Shown here piece after piece: positions 11,300 to 20,936 of a DNA stretch of 32,888 bases. Position 1 is the stretch's first letter, and each line of letters opens with the position of its first letter. Below the pieces are notes generated by a model that saw nothing but the letters and a program-made list of their open reading frames with translations, was not told the origin of the DNA and searched no databases. Source of the stretch: Stramenopiles sp. TOSAG23-3 (Eukaryota); NCBI GenBank assembly GCA_900128585.1, contig LT642212.1:1-32888 (forward strand), read 5' to 3'. A program made the translations under genes and the position numbers.

Positions 11300-14200
11300 C
11301 TAAAAACTTCCAGAAGTTTCGTCGTCTTTGAGTTCCTTTTCCAACCGTTTTATGTCATCCTCCGCCTCATTGTTTTTTCTCTCGAAATCTAGATGCTCCT
11401 TTCCGTCGCTGTCTGTTACGGGTTGTGCTGCGCGCTCTTGCTGCGCCTTTGCTTCCCGTTCTTGCTGAAGTTTTGCTTCCCGTTCTTGCTGCAGTTTTGC
11501 TTCCCGTTCTTGCTGCAGTTTTGCTTCCCGTTCTTTTTGAAGCTCCGCTTCTCGCTCTCTTTGAAGCTTTGCCTGCCTCTCTCGCTCGACCGCTGCTTTC
11601 TTTTCTTTCTCAACCCTTGATTTTCTTTCTCGCTCGGCATTTTCGATTTCTAACTGTGCTGCTACCAACGCCCGTTGCTCCTCCTCCTTCTGTTTTTCAC
11701 CAAGCGTCCGCGCAAAGTATAGGACTTCGTCGATTGTAATCATCCCATCTCCGTCACGATCGATCTCTTTGCAAAGAGTTGGCAAATCGTCTGCAAATAA
11801 CAAAGGTTTTAAGTAATGGCGCCCTTCCAGCATTTTTCGTACCCTAACATTTATTTCAATGGCCCTAACAAATGTTGTTGCCGTAACCACATCGCTGTGC
11901 CCAGGCTTGAACTGATCAAACATACTTCGAATGTACTGTCGCGTATCCATTTCCTCTAGGAACACCATTTGCATGGCGCCGTGGACGTCACTGTCCGCAC
12001 GCTTTCCAACACTGCTCCCAATGCCAAGCGCGCGCCGGCACATAAAATCATACATCTCATCTATGCTTATAGAACCATCGTTATCAACGTCCAGTTCCAT
12101 TAAATCGTTGATGTACGTGCTTGGGTTTGCAAGCGTAGCTAGCGAGGGGGTGTCCAGAAAGAACTTGATAACTTTCTCTGATGTTTGCGCTAAAAGTAGA
12201 AAATCGGTCATTTGAATTTCCCCTCCGTTATTTGGGTCTATCAGTTCGAACAGATCTTTGATTCTCTGCAGAGTGAGTTGGGATGCAAAGGCTAATAGCT
12301 CGTCCACAGAAATACTGTCATCTCCGTCCGTATCCAAGGACATCAGCGTGCTTTTGCTGGCGCGGTGAATGCTCGTCAAACTCACTAGTTCCGGGCGGCT
12401 GGCGATGAAATCTTGTACTGAGCGTTGAAGCATTATTGCCCGTACAAATGTCTTGCACGATATAGACTCCGATTCTAAAGTAGGGTCTATCAATCGAAAC
12501 AATTCCAGCGCCGAATGCCTCGCCATTTCCCCCCGCCCATCTACATTCGATGTATTCTGGTTAGCGCGGAGCTGTTCCTGTTCAGCAAGTGACGTCGTAT
12601 TTGCATCGTCTTGCGCGAATTCATTTTCATCTAAAGATAGAATATTGCTTTGGTCGACTCTAACAATAAACATGTCACTCCAAATGTAACATTTTTCATC
12701 GATTTCTGCGTTTGGGTGCAGTCGTTCTTTTGCTAACTGAGTCGTCACTAACCCGTGCTCGTCATAAAACCTGAACTCGGTGTCTGTTAACTCTAGAGGT
12801 TTGACTTCAGTTCCTTGGCACAAAATAGGGTCGAACGTTCCATACTGCCGGGCATGGAAGCGAAATTCTTTTTGCGGGTCTAGTTTAACCAGAACGGATA
12901 CCGGCGCGAGCCCCTGTCTGCTGCCAGGGACGTCCAGTTCTGCCAGCTCGCTAACTTTGTGATTTGCCCAAACTGTCGTCAAATCATCTTTTGAGTATGT
13001 GTCACCATCATCGCAGTACTCACGGTACTCCGTGAACAGGTCTATTTTTTGTCGGAGCGGGTACGTCCACGACAGAATGGCCCTACCGTACCCCGGTGGT
13101 GGGATTGGGCACATAAAGGCATTGTGCAAACTCGGGGACAAGAATTCTGTGATGCGTGGCAAGTGTTTTTGATAGCTGAAGTAAGACGTGCCGTTAACAG
13201 TCGCAGTGATACAGACAGACAGGGGCGGTCCGACGGGGATCATTTGGTACGATGTCCCCAATTCGCTCGTCACGGTGTTCATGACAAGCTTCCCCGTTGC
13301 GCGATTACGGATCTGAATGATGGCTCCCCCCATCGGCGCTGCGGTCGACGAGTCGTAGACCGTAAAATGGTACGGCCAACGAATCCCTGGGATCTTTATA
13401 CGGTCGAACGACTCTCCGTAAACTACAACTCCACGGCGATGCATATCGACCACTTCTCGCCGCGCCAAATCGAACGATCGGGCGGTCTCCAGGAAACGCA
13501 TGGCCTCTGAGTCACTCGTCAAACTGTACTGAACCTGAGTCCACTCTGGTAGCTCCACGTTCTCTTCGTACCTTCCCCCTGGGACGTTGAAAGACGCGCA
13601 ACCATTTGAGTCTGTCTCGGATACGTGTTTAAACCCAGATTGCATGTTAGTAAGACTCACAAGTATACCCGCGGCTCTCACAGCGTCCCCGGACTCGAAG
13701 TCAACCAACGCGACTGTAACGGTTTGAATTTTAGGCATTAAAAATATCGACATTTCCCTTGCGTTGTCGCTCTTGACGAAAAGGCCACGCTTTTTCTTTA
13801 CCGCTTCGTCGGCGGCAACCCCAACGCGCAATGGCGGGTGGGCTCGAGGGTAAAATCCTGGCGCATTAAATTGACACACGTATGTGTCTGTGGCGTTCAA
13901 GGTGGTTTCGGTGATACCCTCATCGTTGGTAAAGAGCAGAGTGTGGGTATGGTTTAACTCAGAACTGGCACGCGAGTCTCGCGTTACCGACCCAGACGAT
14001 TTGCGGCGCTTTTTCGTGGTATGGATGCTGTCCGTGGTGGCTACCATAGTGGACCGGCGCTTCATCCGCATTTCGTGAACATTCGTCATTCCTTTCCCCT
14101 TTTCTTCTTTTACTTGGGCTAAACTCCTGTTTAATTCCGCCCGGCTGTCTACAGAATGCACTGAGACAGCTACACCGGGAATCGGCATCTTGTAATACCC

Positions 14201-17200
14201 GTCGTACACTTTGATCTTCATCCGGCACCTTGCGTCGGCATCATGGTTGTACGGCCATTCGTGGTCTACGTTTTCTTCGTCTGATGATTCCATTGCTTCT
14301 ACTACCAGTTTTGCCGCTAATTCAGGGGTCGGCAGCCAGCCTTGATTTTCATCCAATGCGCTATAAAGCACTTGGCTAGATGCGCCTTTGAAGCGCTGAA
14401 AGGTGATCTTAAAAGCGCCTATTCTTCGGGAAGAGGGCGTTCCGTTGATTAGCATTCCCGGATAGGCCGTCTTTATGGCGGCAGCAACGTCGTAGTACAA
14501 CCTTTCAAACGCGCCCGGGACATGCCACGTAGTTTCTTGGTGGTTCTCGCAGTCACAGCAGTACCGGATTGTTATGCACGGGCGTCTGGCTACTGTGTGC
14601 TGGCGTAGCATGGGCCACATGTTCCCGACCTGCTCGACAATGTGCAGCGCGCGCGGAAAGGGCATGTGCAAAGTCTTCAATACCCATTCACCATTTTCTA
14701 CTCGGTCCATTGTGCATAAAATTAGCCCAGCGTGGTTCCCGGCAACATCTACGCTGTACGTCGCAATGTCGTTCGTGTGGGTGGTAATGGCCATCGTGTT
14801 TGCGATCGGGTGCCCTCGGCGCTTTCCTTCACGAACCAACATGTTGACAACGTTTGCATCGTGTTGATGGCGCTGGATCCGCACAGTACAAATCCCTAGC
14901 TGCGAGCAGGCATCTAAATAGCTGCCAAACATAAAGAAAACAAACGAGTTCACCGCATGTGATGCAACATTTAAGTCTAGGTCAAATGTTTGTGCTATCG
15001 ATACCCACCTGCCTTTGCTTATCTCCGTTTCGTGAATTGCAGCTCGCATGTCTCGCTGCCGCCCATGGGCGACAACGGCATGGTCTTGGGTGTGGTTTTG
15101 GTACCGTTGCACAGAATCAAGTGGCACCCCTCCGATGTCCAGCGCAATGCACGCCAGGTCCAAATTCACGATGGCAGCAAGAGCAGCCGCCCCTTGTCCG
15201 GCGTTTAGCTTAATTCTCCACGAAAATGCGAGGGAAAACGATATCTGTCGCTGCTCAGCGGAACTCATTTTGCCCCCGTATAAGGGAATCGTACTCCCCG
15301 CGCCTACATGCTGTATCTTAGGAAATTTCGAAGGGTTCAAAGGGAACGTCCCGCTTTTGCCGTTTGCCTTTGCTTGGCCAAGTTTATTGGTTTCGGCAGG
15401 CGACTGTGACGCCATGGTGGCGACAGAGCTCGATTTAAGCAATTTTTGGATGGCCAGTTGCTCTGCGACTTGTTTGTCCCGTTCTTGGTCTTCCGATCGT
15501 GCTCTGGCGTGCATGTTTCGGTTTTCCAGCGTGATGCCAAGCATGCAAAGTTGTGGAAGCTGCATGTCGACTCCTAGTATCCATATGATTTGGTTGAACA
15601 ACGTCTGGTTTAAAGGCTTCTCGCTCATTCCATTTTGAAAGGTCTGCCGTTTAATCGAGGGTGCTAGCCCTCCTTGCATAACTTCCAGGGTTTTTTGCAG
15701 CTTGTTCTGTTCCAAATATGTTTCTATCATCGATTTCAAACTTCGTGTGGAATCGGCGGCCTCGTCTTTCGTCGCCGCCAACCGCGATCGTAGCTGCAAT
15801 TTTACTTCGCCGAAAACGTCCGTGTGCCAAAAAGTTGTGAATAGCCGGATCTGGGCTTCCAGTTTTGTCATTATGCTACCACAGTCGGGAAACTCAAACT
15901 TGCTCGACCTAGACGTGAACAGCACCCTCTCGCGGTATTGGTTGTTTTGATCCATGTGCGTCATGGCGAGGAAAAACGAATAGTCAGGGTCGTCACTCCT
16001 GCACTCCAAGGCGTAACCTGCCGTCGGTCGGCCCGGAATGCTTTTGCGCACATCAAGTATCCAGTCTTGGGGAAAGTCTTGTTTTGACAACTTGTAGAGC
16101 AACTTATAGACGAACGCGATAGGCGGGGACCTGAACTTCGCGCCTTTGTCCCAACGCACGACAATCCTTATTTTCCCCCACCCTCGCATGTGTTCTGTCA
16201 GCGACGACAGTGGCCTCCATTGCCAATTGGACGCTATCTTGTTGTGGCTGATGGTGGAAAACTGGTGCCCCGCCTCCGGGTCCAAGACCAGGTGATGCAT
16301 GTCAGTGTATGGTCTTGGTGCCCCAAAAAACATGGGCGGGTTTATGCGCCAACCGAAATGGTCGCAATGTAGGTGGGCGTTATGCCCAAATATAGACTGG
16401 TCGGATATGTGATCGCCATGATACAGGCTGACGTCATAGAATGGAATGTCTGCCAGTAAGTGCGTCGCTGTTTTTCCTGTTAATTCGTTCGGGACAAAAA
16501 CTTCCGAAGCATTGGCAGACGAGCTGACGTGGCCGGGAAGCCCGCAGCTGTGAACCTCTTTTACAGACACACGGTGGCGGATACCAGCGTTTATTTCTTC
16601 ATTTGAACGAGCGACGTTCCACATTCGTATGTGCGAGATCATGCCCGTAAAGTCGCCGCCGACAATGACAGGGGCATCGCTGTGGTGCAACTGCCCCTGG
16701 ACAGTGTCGACGTGCCGCCGAACGGCCGCAACCTCTTGCCCGTCTACGTAAGCGTAGAGGTAAAAACCGTTGTACACGGCGCTGAACGCGACCCATCGGT
16801 CCACAGGAATGGAAAAATTTGTCAAGCAAGTTTCTGTCCCATCGCTGGCTACCACGGAAAACCCATACATCTTGTCTTTTTCTAAACAGTAACCACCTGT
16901 ATCATGGATCTTGAACCGCCCTTCTTGTGACACCAGCAGCGTCGGGTTTGTGCGCCGTGGGGCAAATATCCCCTCTTTAAGTCGCTTGTCCGTAGAAATA
17001 TTCGTTTGTTCCTTCTTTTCAACTCTCATCGCGTTCTGGCTTTCTCTCTCTTTCTGGTTTATTTTCCTCTGTTTTGCAGCGGTAAAGTCGGACGATCCCG
17101 CGCCGTCCCCCGTTTGTATTACCGACTTGGTCATGTCCCCTTGCCACGCCGGGCACCAACCAAATATGTCCGGGTCTTTTCTCCCACAGCACAGCCATTT

Positions 17201-18046
17201 CACAAAGTTCCCCTCCTCGTCGGTTTTGATCCCTGTATGCTTGCGAACGTTCGCGCTAGTCTCTGCAAAGAGGGTTTCCGTGCGAGGTATAAACAGCCAC
17301 ATGTCGACCGTCAATTCGTTTTTTAAGTTCCATTTCCCTGCCCTTCCCCCTTCCGGCGAAAGCGACAAGCACCCTGTGCCCGTCAGCAGCAGTGCAGGTT
17401 TGGCGTGGAATGTTTTCGCTTGGATGGCTTTTGCTTTTCTTTTTATTGCTGATATCCCGCGCAAGAACCCCCGAAATCGCAACATGTCGCCGCCAGCTCG
17501 AGCCGCGGGTGAGGCGGCGGCTTTGCTCTCCGGGGACGGACTTGCTTGCAACACATTCCCCTCTGCGACAGACTTTTCTTCTTCGCCCTGCCCTGGGTCG
17601 GCTTTCTTCTCCAAAACGACGGGCGCCATGTTCACGGTGGAAATGATGGAGGTTTCGATGACTTTGGCGTTCATTCGACGGTTTCGTTTGTTCCTGCGCA
17701 ACTGGGACGGCGATTTCCTTGGTACATGCACGTAGGTAGACGGTGCGAGAGCGCCCCTTATATTTTTGCTATGCCGAGGGCTTGAGCTATTCAAGCGACG
17801 GCGGGGTTTACTGTTGGCCTGCTTCTTTTTTCTGGGCGGTTTTGGAGACAGTGACGCCGCTTTCCTAGGGTATCGATTGTTGTACACGCCTTGCATTTTT
17901 GCGTACGATTCGTCCTCTTCTGCGATCGCATTCACTGCATGTTTCAATACTTTCCCAACCAGTGAGTTAGAAACGTTTGGGGAATCGACCTTCACGTTTG
18001 CGGGGCTCTCCGGGTCCCCTCCTACACTGCCTTTTTTCAAGGACAT
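11300..18046 (-). CDS. Large multidomain protein (2248 aa): LamG/ConA-like, TerD-like, Rdx/SelW-like CxxC domain, beta-sandwich repeats, multiple EF-hands, coiled-coil tail
   Basis: Single 6.7-kb ORF. LamG-like TVDMWL...WVAFSAVYNG...FTGMISHIRMWNVARS; TerD-like NLDLACIALD...DLDLNVASHAVNSFVF...GLILCTMDRVENGEW; ITIRYCCDCENH...RIGAFKIT; EF loops DTDGDDSISVDEL, DPNNGGEIQMTDF, DVDNDGSISIDEM, DRDGDGMITIDEV. Confidence 0.8.
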   Translation of the reverse strand: MSLKKGSVGGDPESPANVKVDSPNVSNSLVGKVLKHAVNAIAEEDESYAKMQGVYNNRYPRKAASLSPKPPRKKKQANSKPRRRLNSSSPRHSKNIRGALAPSTYVHVPRKSPSQLRRNKRNRRMNAKVIETSIISTVNMAPVVLEKKADPGQGEEEKSVAEGNVLQASPSPESKAAASPAARAGGDMLRFRGFLRGISAIKRKAKAIQAKTFHAKPALLLTGTGCLSLSPEGGRAGKWNLKNELTVDMWLFIPRTETLFAETSANVRKHTGIKTDEEGNFVKWLCCGRKDPDIFGWCPAWQGDMTKSVIQTGDGAGSSDFTAAKQRKINQKERESQNAMRVEKKEQTNISTDKRLKEGIFAPRRTNPTLLVSQEGRFKIHDTGGYCLEKDKMYGFSVVASDGTETCLTNFSIPVDRWVAFSAVYNGFYLYAYVDGQEVAAVRRHVDTVQGQLHHSDAPVIVGGDFTGMISHIRMWNVARSNEEINAGIRHRVSVKEVHSCGLPGHVSSSANASEVFVPNELTGKTATHLLADIPFYDVSLYHGDHISDQSIFGHNAHLHCDHFGWRINPPMFFGAPRPYTDMHHLVLDPEAGHQFSTISHNKIASNWQWRPLSSLTEHMRGWGKIRIVVRWDKGAKFRSPPIAFVYKLLYKLSKQDFPQDWILDVRKSIPGRPTAGYALECRSDDPDYSFFLAMTHMDQNNQYRERVLFTSRSSKFEFPDCGSIMTKLEAQIRLFTTFWHTDVFGEVKLQLRSRLAATKDEAADSTRSLKSMIETYLEQNKLQKTLEVMQGGLAPSIKRQTFQNGMSEKPLNQTLFNQIIWILGVDMQLPQLCMLGITLENRNMHARARSEDQERDKQVAEQLAIQKLLKSSSVATMASQSPAETNKLGQAKANGKSGTFPLNPSKFPKIQHVGAGSTIPLYGGKMSSAEQRQISFSLAFSWRIKLNAGQGAAALAAIVNLDLACIALDIGGVPLDSVQRYQNHTQDHAVVAHGRQRDMRAAIHETEISKGRWVSIAQTFDLDLNVASHAVNSFVFFMFGSYLDACSQLGICTVRIQRHQHDANVVNMLVREGKRRGHPIANTMAITTHTNDIATYSVDVAGNHAGLILCTMDRVENGEWVLKTLHMPFPRALHIVEQVGNMWPMLRQHTVARRPCITIRYCCDCENHQETTWHVPGAFERLYYDVAAAIKTAYPGMLINGTPSSRRIGAFKITFQRFKGASSQVLYSALDENQGWLPTPELAAKLVVEAMESSDEENVDHEWPYNHDADARCRMKIKVYDGYYKMPIPGVAVSVHSVDSRAELNRSLAQVKEEKGKGMTNVHEMRMKRRSTMVATTDSIHTTKKRRKSSGSVTRDSRASSELNHTHTLLFTNDEGITETTLNATDTYVCQFNAPGFYPRAHPPLRVGVAADEAVKKKRGLFVKSDNAREMSIFLMPKIQTVTVALVDFESGDAVRAAGILVSLTNMQSGFKHVSETDSNGCASFNVPGGRYEENVELPEWTQVQYSLTSDSEAMRFLETARSFDLARREVVDMHRRGVVVYGESFDRIKIPGIRWPYHFTVYDSSTAAPMGGAIIQIRNRATGKLVMNTVTSELGTSYQMIPVGPPLSVCITATVNGTSYFSYQKHLPRITEFLSPSLHNAFMCPIPPPGYGRAILSWTYPLRQKIDLFTEYREYCDDGDTYSKDDLTTVWANHKVSELAELDVPGSRQGLAPVSVLVKLDPQKEFRFHARQYGTFDPILCQGTEVKPLELTDTEFRFYDEHGLVTTQLAKERLHPNAEIDEKCYIWSDMFIVRVDQSNILSLDENEFAQDDANTTSLAEQEQLRANQNTSNVDGRGEMARHSALELFRLIDPTLESESISCKTFVRAIMLQRSVQDFIASRPELVSLTSIHRASKSTLMSLDTDGDDSISVDELLAFASQLTLQRIKDLFELIDPNNGGEIQMTDFLLLAQTSEKVIKFFLDTPSLATLANPSTYINDLMELDVDNDGSISIDEMYDFMCRRALGIGSSVGKRADSDVHGAMQMVFLEEMDTRQYIRSMFDQFKPGHSDVVTATTFVRAIEINVRVRKMLEGRHYLKPLLFADDLPTLCKEIDRDGDGMITIDEVLYFARTLGEKQKEEEQRALVAAQLEIENAERERKSRVEKEKKAAVERERQAKLQREREAELQKEREAKLQQEREAKLQQEREAKLQQEREAKAQQERAAQPVTDSDGKEHLDFERKNNEAEDDIKRLEKELKDDETSGSF
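11437..11580 (-). repeat. Coding 24-nt tandem repeat encoding EREAKLQQ units
   Basis: gcttcccgttcttgctgcagtttt repeated, giving EREAKLQQ-like units in the C-terminal coiled coil. Confidence 0.9.
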
Positions 18047-18603
18047 CTTTGGATCCCCGGGAATAGTGAATTGTCGAGAACGTTAACTTTCGTCAACCCA
18101 CCCGCGATTTGAAAGAAACGGAGATTATTATTTTCCCGTGCTGTTGCTGTTACTTGGCAAAAGTGTTGATTCTGCATTGGCGCGAACAAGTACCGTACCG
18201 TACCGTCGCGGTGTCTTTATTGCTTAAAAATTATATAATTATATAATAAAAATAATAAAAATAATAATAATAAAACAAAGAAGAAGAAGAAGATGATGGT
18301 AAATAAATGGTAAAGAAAGGAGGATTATTATTGAGGAGGAGTGAGAGAGTGCGTAGACAGTTTAAAGTATAGGATGATATAGATGATAGAACAAAACCAA
18401 CTAACAATTCTTCTTCTTGATGTTGTAGACATTCACAGATTCAATTCTATTCCCCTTCATTGGTGTTGTCGTACAACTTGCAATTTAGATGTGGCAGTTG
18501 CACAACCGAAATAACTTGAAACACATACAAACACTTGTGCATCCCTTTACTGTCGGAAACATTAGGTCTTTTCTCCAAAGGGAAAGAACGTAATAAGTCT
18601 GTA

Positions 18604-18717
18604 GGGCTTGGGCTTGGGTGCTTGGGCTTTGGGCTTGGGCCCACTTTGTTGATTGTTCACTCTTCTTGACCTCTTGACTCTTGACCTCTTGACTCTTGAC
18701 CTCCTGACTATTGACTC
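18604..18717. repeat. Short tandem arrays: TGGGCT(T)-type repeats followed by 15-nt CTTGACCTCTTGACT repeats
   Basis: gggcttgggcttgggtgcttgggctttgggcttgggccc and cttgacctcttgactcttgacctcttgactcttgacctcctgact read directly. Confidence 0.8.
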
Positions 18718-19368
18718 GATGAAGAAGAATCTCATCACATTGAACATTTGAGATCACACAAAACACAAAAAACACAAAACACAAAACAAACAGAAATGTC
18801 ACAGTTTAAGTTTCAGTAATCTCAGAGAAGAATACCCTAACCCTAATCCAATCCTTTCTCTCTTTCCAAACCATATTCTTAACCCTAATAATAACCAACT
18901 ATAATTATATAGGAACATAAATGTATACTAATATCATACTTATATATTTGTTGTAAAGCCTTCATTGGATTTTATTATATCCTCTAATTACATACAATTA
19001 ACATTGTAATGAATAGTTTATATGTTGTTGTTAATGGTATAGTTATGTTATTTATTTACCATCCATTCATTTTTTTTTCTTTTTTTATTATTATTATTAT
19101 TTCTTTTATTTCCGCGAAGAAGAAGAAAACGAAGGAACGGAACGGAACGGGAACGGAAGGAAAGCAATTATATAGTTTACGAAACACATTTTGAAACAGA
19201 AAAGATAGAAAAGGAAAGAAATACGTGAAGGAAATTTTTACAAACATCGATATAACAGTACCGTTTTGTTCATTTCATCGTAGGACACCGTATTTTGGCG
19301 AAACACAGCGTGGGACGCTTTTTAGTCGGTTTGTATATTTCTTGATATTGTTGGACTGGCGTCGATTG

Positions 19369-20445
19369 ATGGCGTCGATTGATACCACAAACGATGCCCT
19401 GCTAGCGGAGCAAGAAAAGTTTCTGACGGCGATTCGTTCGCATTCGGGTGGGGTGACGCTTCGGGACCTTCCGGCGTCTCTCACGTCGTCCCCTTTGATA
19501 GTGGATGTAATCAATGCCCTGATACGGAGCAGGCGGTTAGAAATGAGCGGGGACCCCAAAAACCCTAGGTACAACTTTGTGGACGCCCTTCGCGCAAGCA
19601 CGCTGCGGGGAATTTTAACCGACCAGGAAACGCAAGCCGTGTACAGTAAAATCGAAGAAGCAGGGGACGTAGGGATATGGACGAAGGACATTCGCACGCG
19701 AACGAACTTGATGAAGCAGCGGGTGGACAAGATACTGAAGAAGCTGACAGCGTCCGGGCTCATCAAGTCCGTACGCTCCATAACGCACAAAAACAAGCGT
19801 TTGTACATGCTTGCCCATATTGAGCCGAACCGAGACATTACGGGCGGGCCGTGGTACACGGACACCGATTTTGATAGCGAGTTTGTGGGGTTGGTAAGAA
19901 AGCTCATTTTGTTCATTCTGAAGAACCACGACGGGAAGGGTCTTCAGGCGGCGAAAAAACGAAAGGCAGAGGTCATGGAGGCGGAAGCGTATACCGATGC
20001 CATGTCGGCGGAAGACATTGAGAAAGTTTTGAGGGAGGACAAGTATCAAAAGGCGTGCAAAGTGAAGTTGGACACGAGCAACGTTTTGGAGATCCTTCAG
20101 ACCTTGTATTACGACGGGGAAATCGAACCAGTGGTACCAACGAACATGTTGGGGGCCGGTGGCTTGCCCCGCGATTTTGTTGACCGTACCGATTGTAAAT
20201 TTAGAACACGGGCAAAGCAGTTTGGGATGGACAAGCACGATTTGAGCATAGCCCCGTGCGGCCGATGCAATTTGATCCTGGAGTGTTCGGAGCACGGGAA
20301 AGTGAGCCCGTATACGTGTAAATACATGGTGCGTTGGCTCGAAATCGGGTTGACGTCGGACGAACGGGAGCAGCTGGAATCGGAGCGGCAGTCTAGCGCT
20401 CTTGAGGCCGGTCACCCCACCGTAGTCCACGACCTGTCTTGGTGA
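19369..20445 (+). CDS. POLR3F: RNA polymerase III subunit RPC34/RPC6 (358 aa)
   Basis: VYSKIEEAGDVGIWTKDIR..., LIKSVRSITHKNKRLYML, ITGGPWYTDTDFDSEFV, ILQTLYYDGEIE; C-terminal Fe-S ligand motif PCGRC-x5-C...VSPYTCKYM; first ATG at 19369. Confidence 0.95.
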   Translation: MASIDTTNDALLAEQEKFLTAIRSHSGGVTLRDLPASLTSSPLIVDVINALIRSRRLEMSGDPKNPRYNFVDALRASTLRGILTDQETQAVYSKIEEAGDVGIWTKDIRTRTNLMKQRVDKILKKLTASGLIKSVRSITHKNKRLYMLAHIEPNRDITGGPWYTDTDFDSEFVGLVRKLILFILKNHDGKGLQAAKKRKAEVMEAEAYTDAMSAEDIEKVLREDKYQKACKVKLDTSNVLEILQTLYYDGEIEPVVPTNMLGAGGLPRDFVDRTDCKFRTRAKQFGMDKHDLSIAPCGRCNLILECSEHGKVSPYTCKYMVRWLEIGLTSDEREQLESERQSSALEAGHPTVVHDLSW

Positions 20446-20936
20446 GAGGGCGTGGGCGTTGCGGACGGGATGGCAGACAACTGTGTGACGTTCGCAGGGC
20501 ATGAGCGCGGCGTGTATTTCTTTGTTGCTTTAAAACAACGACAGGCCTAATTGAGAGACGAGGTTGGGGTGTGAGAACGAGTTTTAATCTAGAATAGATA
20601 CGTGTACCATTTTTGCTACATATGTACAGGCGTGTGTACGCTTTTCGTAAATTACCGTAACCGGCACCCCGTGAAATAAAAACGTCACATGAAGGAACGT
20701 AAACCTCTGATGGACAAAAGCAGCAGGTTCATTTTCGCGGTACATTATAAGGAAGATACTTTTTTAATTACTTTAAGACATAACTACCAGTGTTTTGTTT
20801 TTATTGAAAACGGAAGTGTGTGTGCAGGGACAGAGATCGATCGAGCCCCCCCCTCCACCTCCCCCCCTTCTCTTCCTGTCCAAGAAAACGTGTACGGCCA
20901 CAACTGACCGTACTCGTGCCCTTGTGCTTCACTTAA

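Noticed and set aside
11437-11580. 24-nt direct repeats considered as a CRISPR-like array
   Set aside because: No spacers; an in-frame coding repeat (EREAKLQQ) in a eukaryotic gene
18835-18888. CCCTAA repeats as a true telomere or chromosome fusion scar
   Set aside because: Only two or three units in the middle of a gene-dense region; at most a promoter telo-box
20443-20560. Possible read-through of the RPC34 TGA stop into a short open frame
   Set aside because: RPC34 homology is already complete, the extension has no recognisable motif, and I found no SECIS-like structure in this UTR
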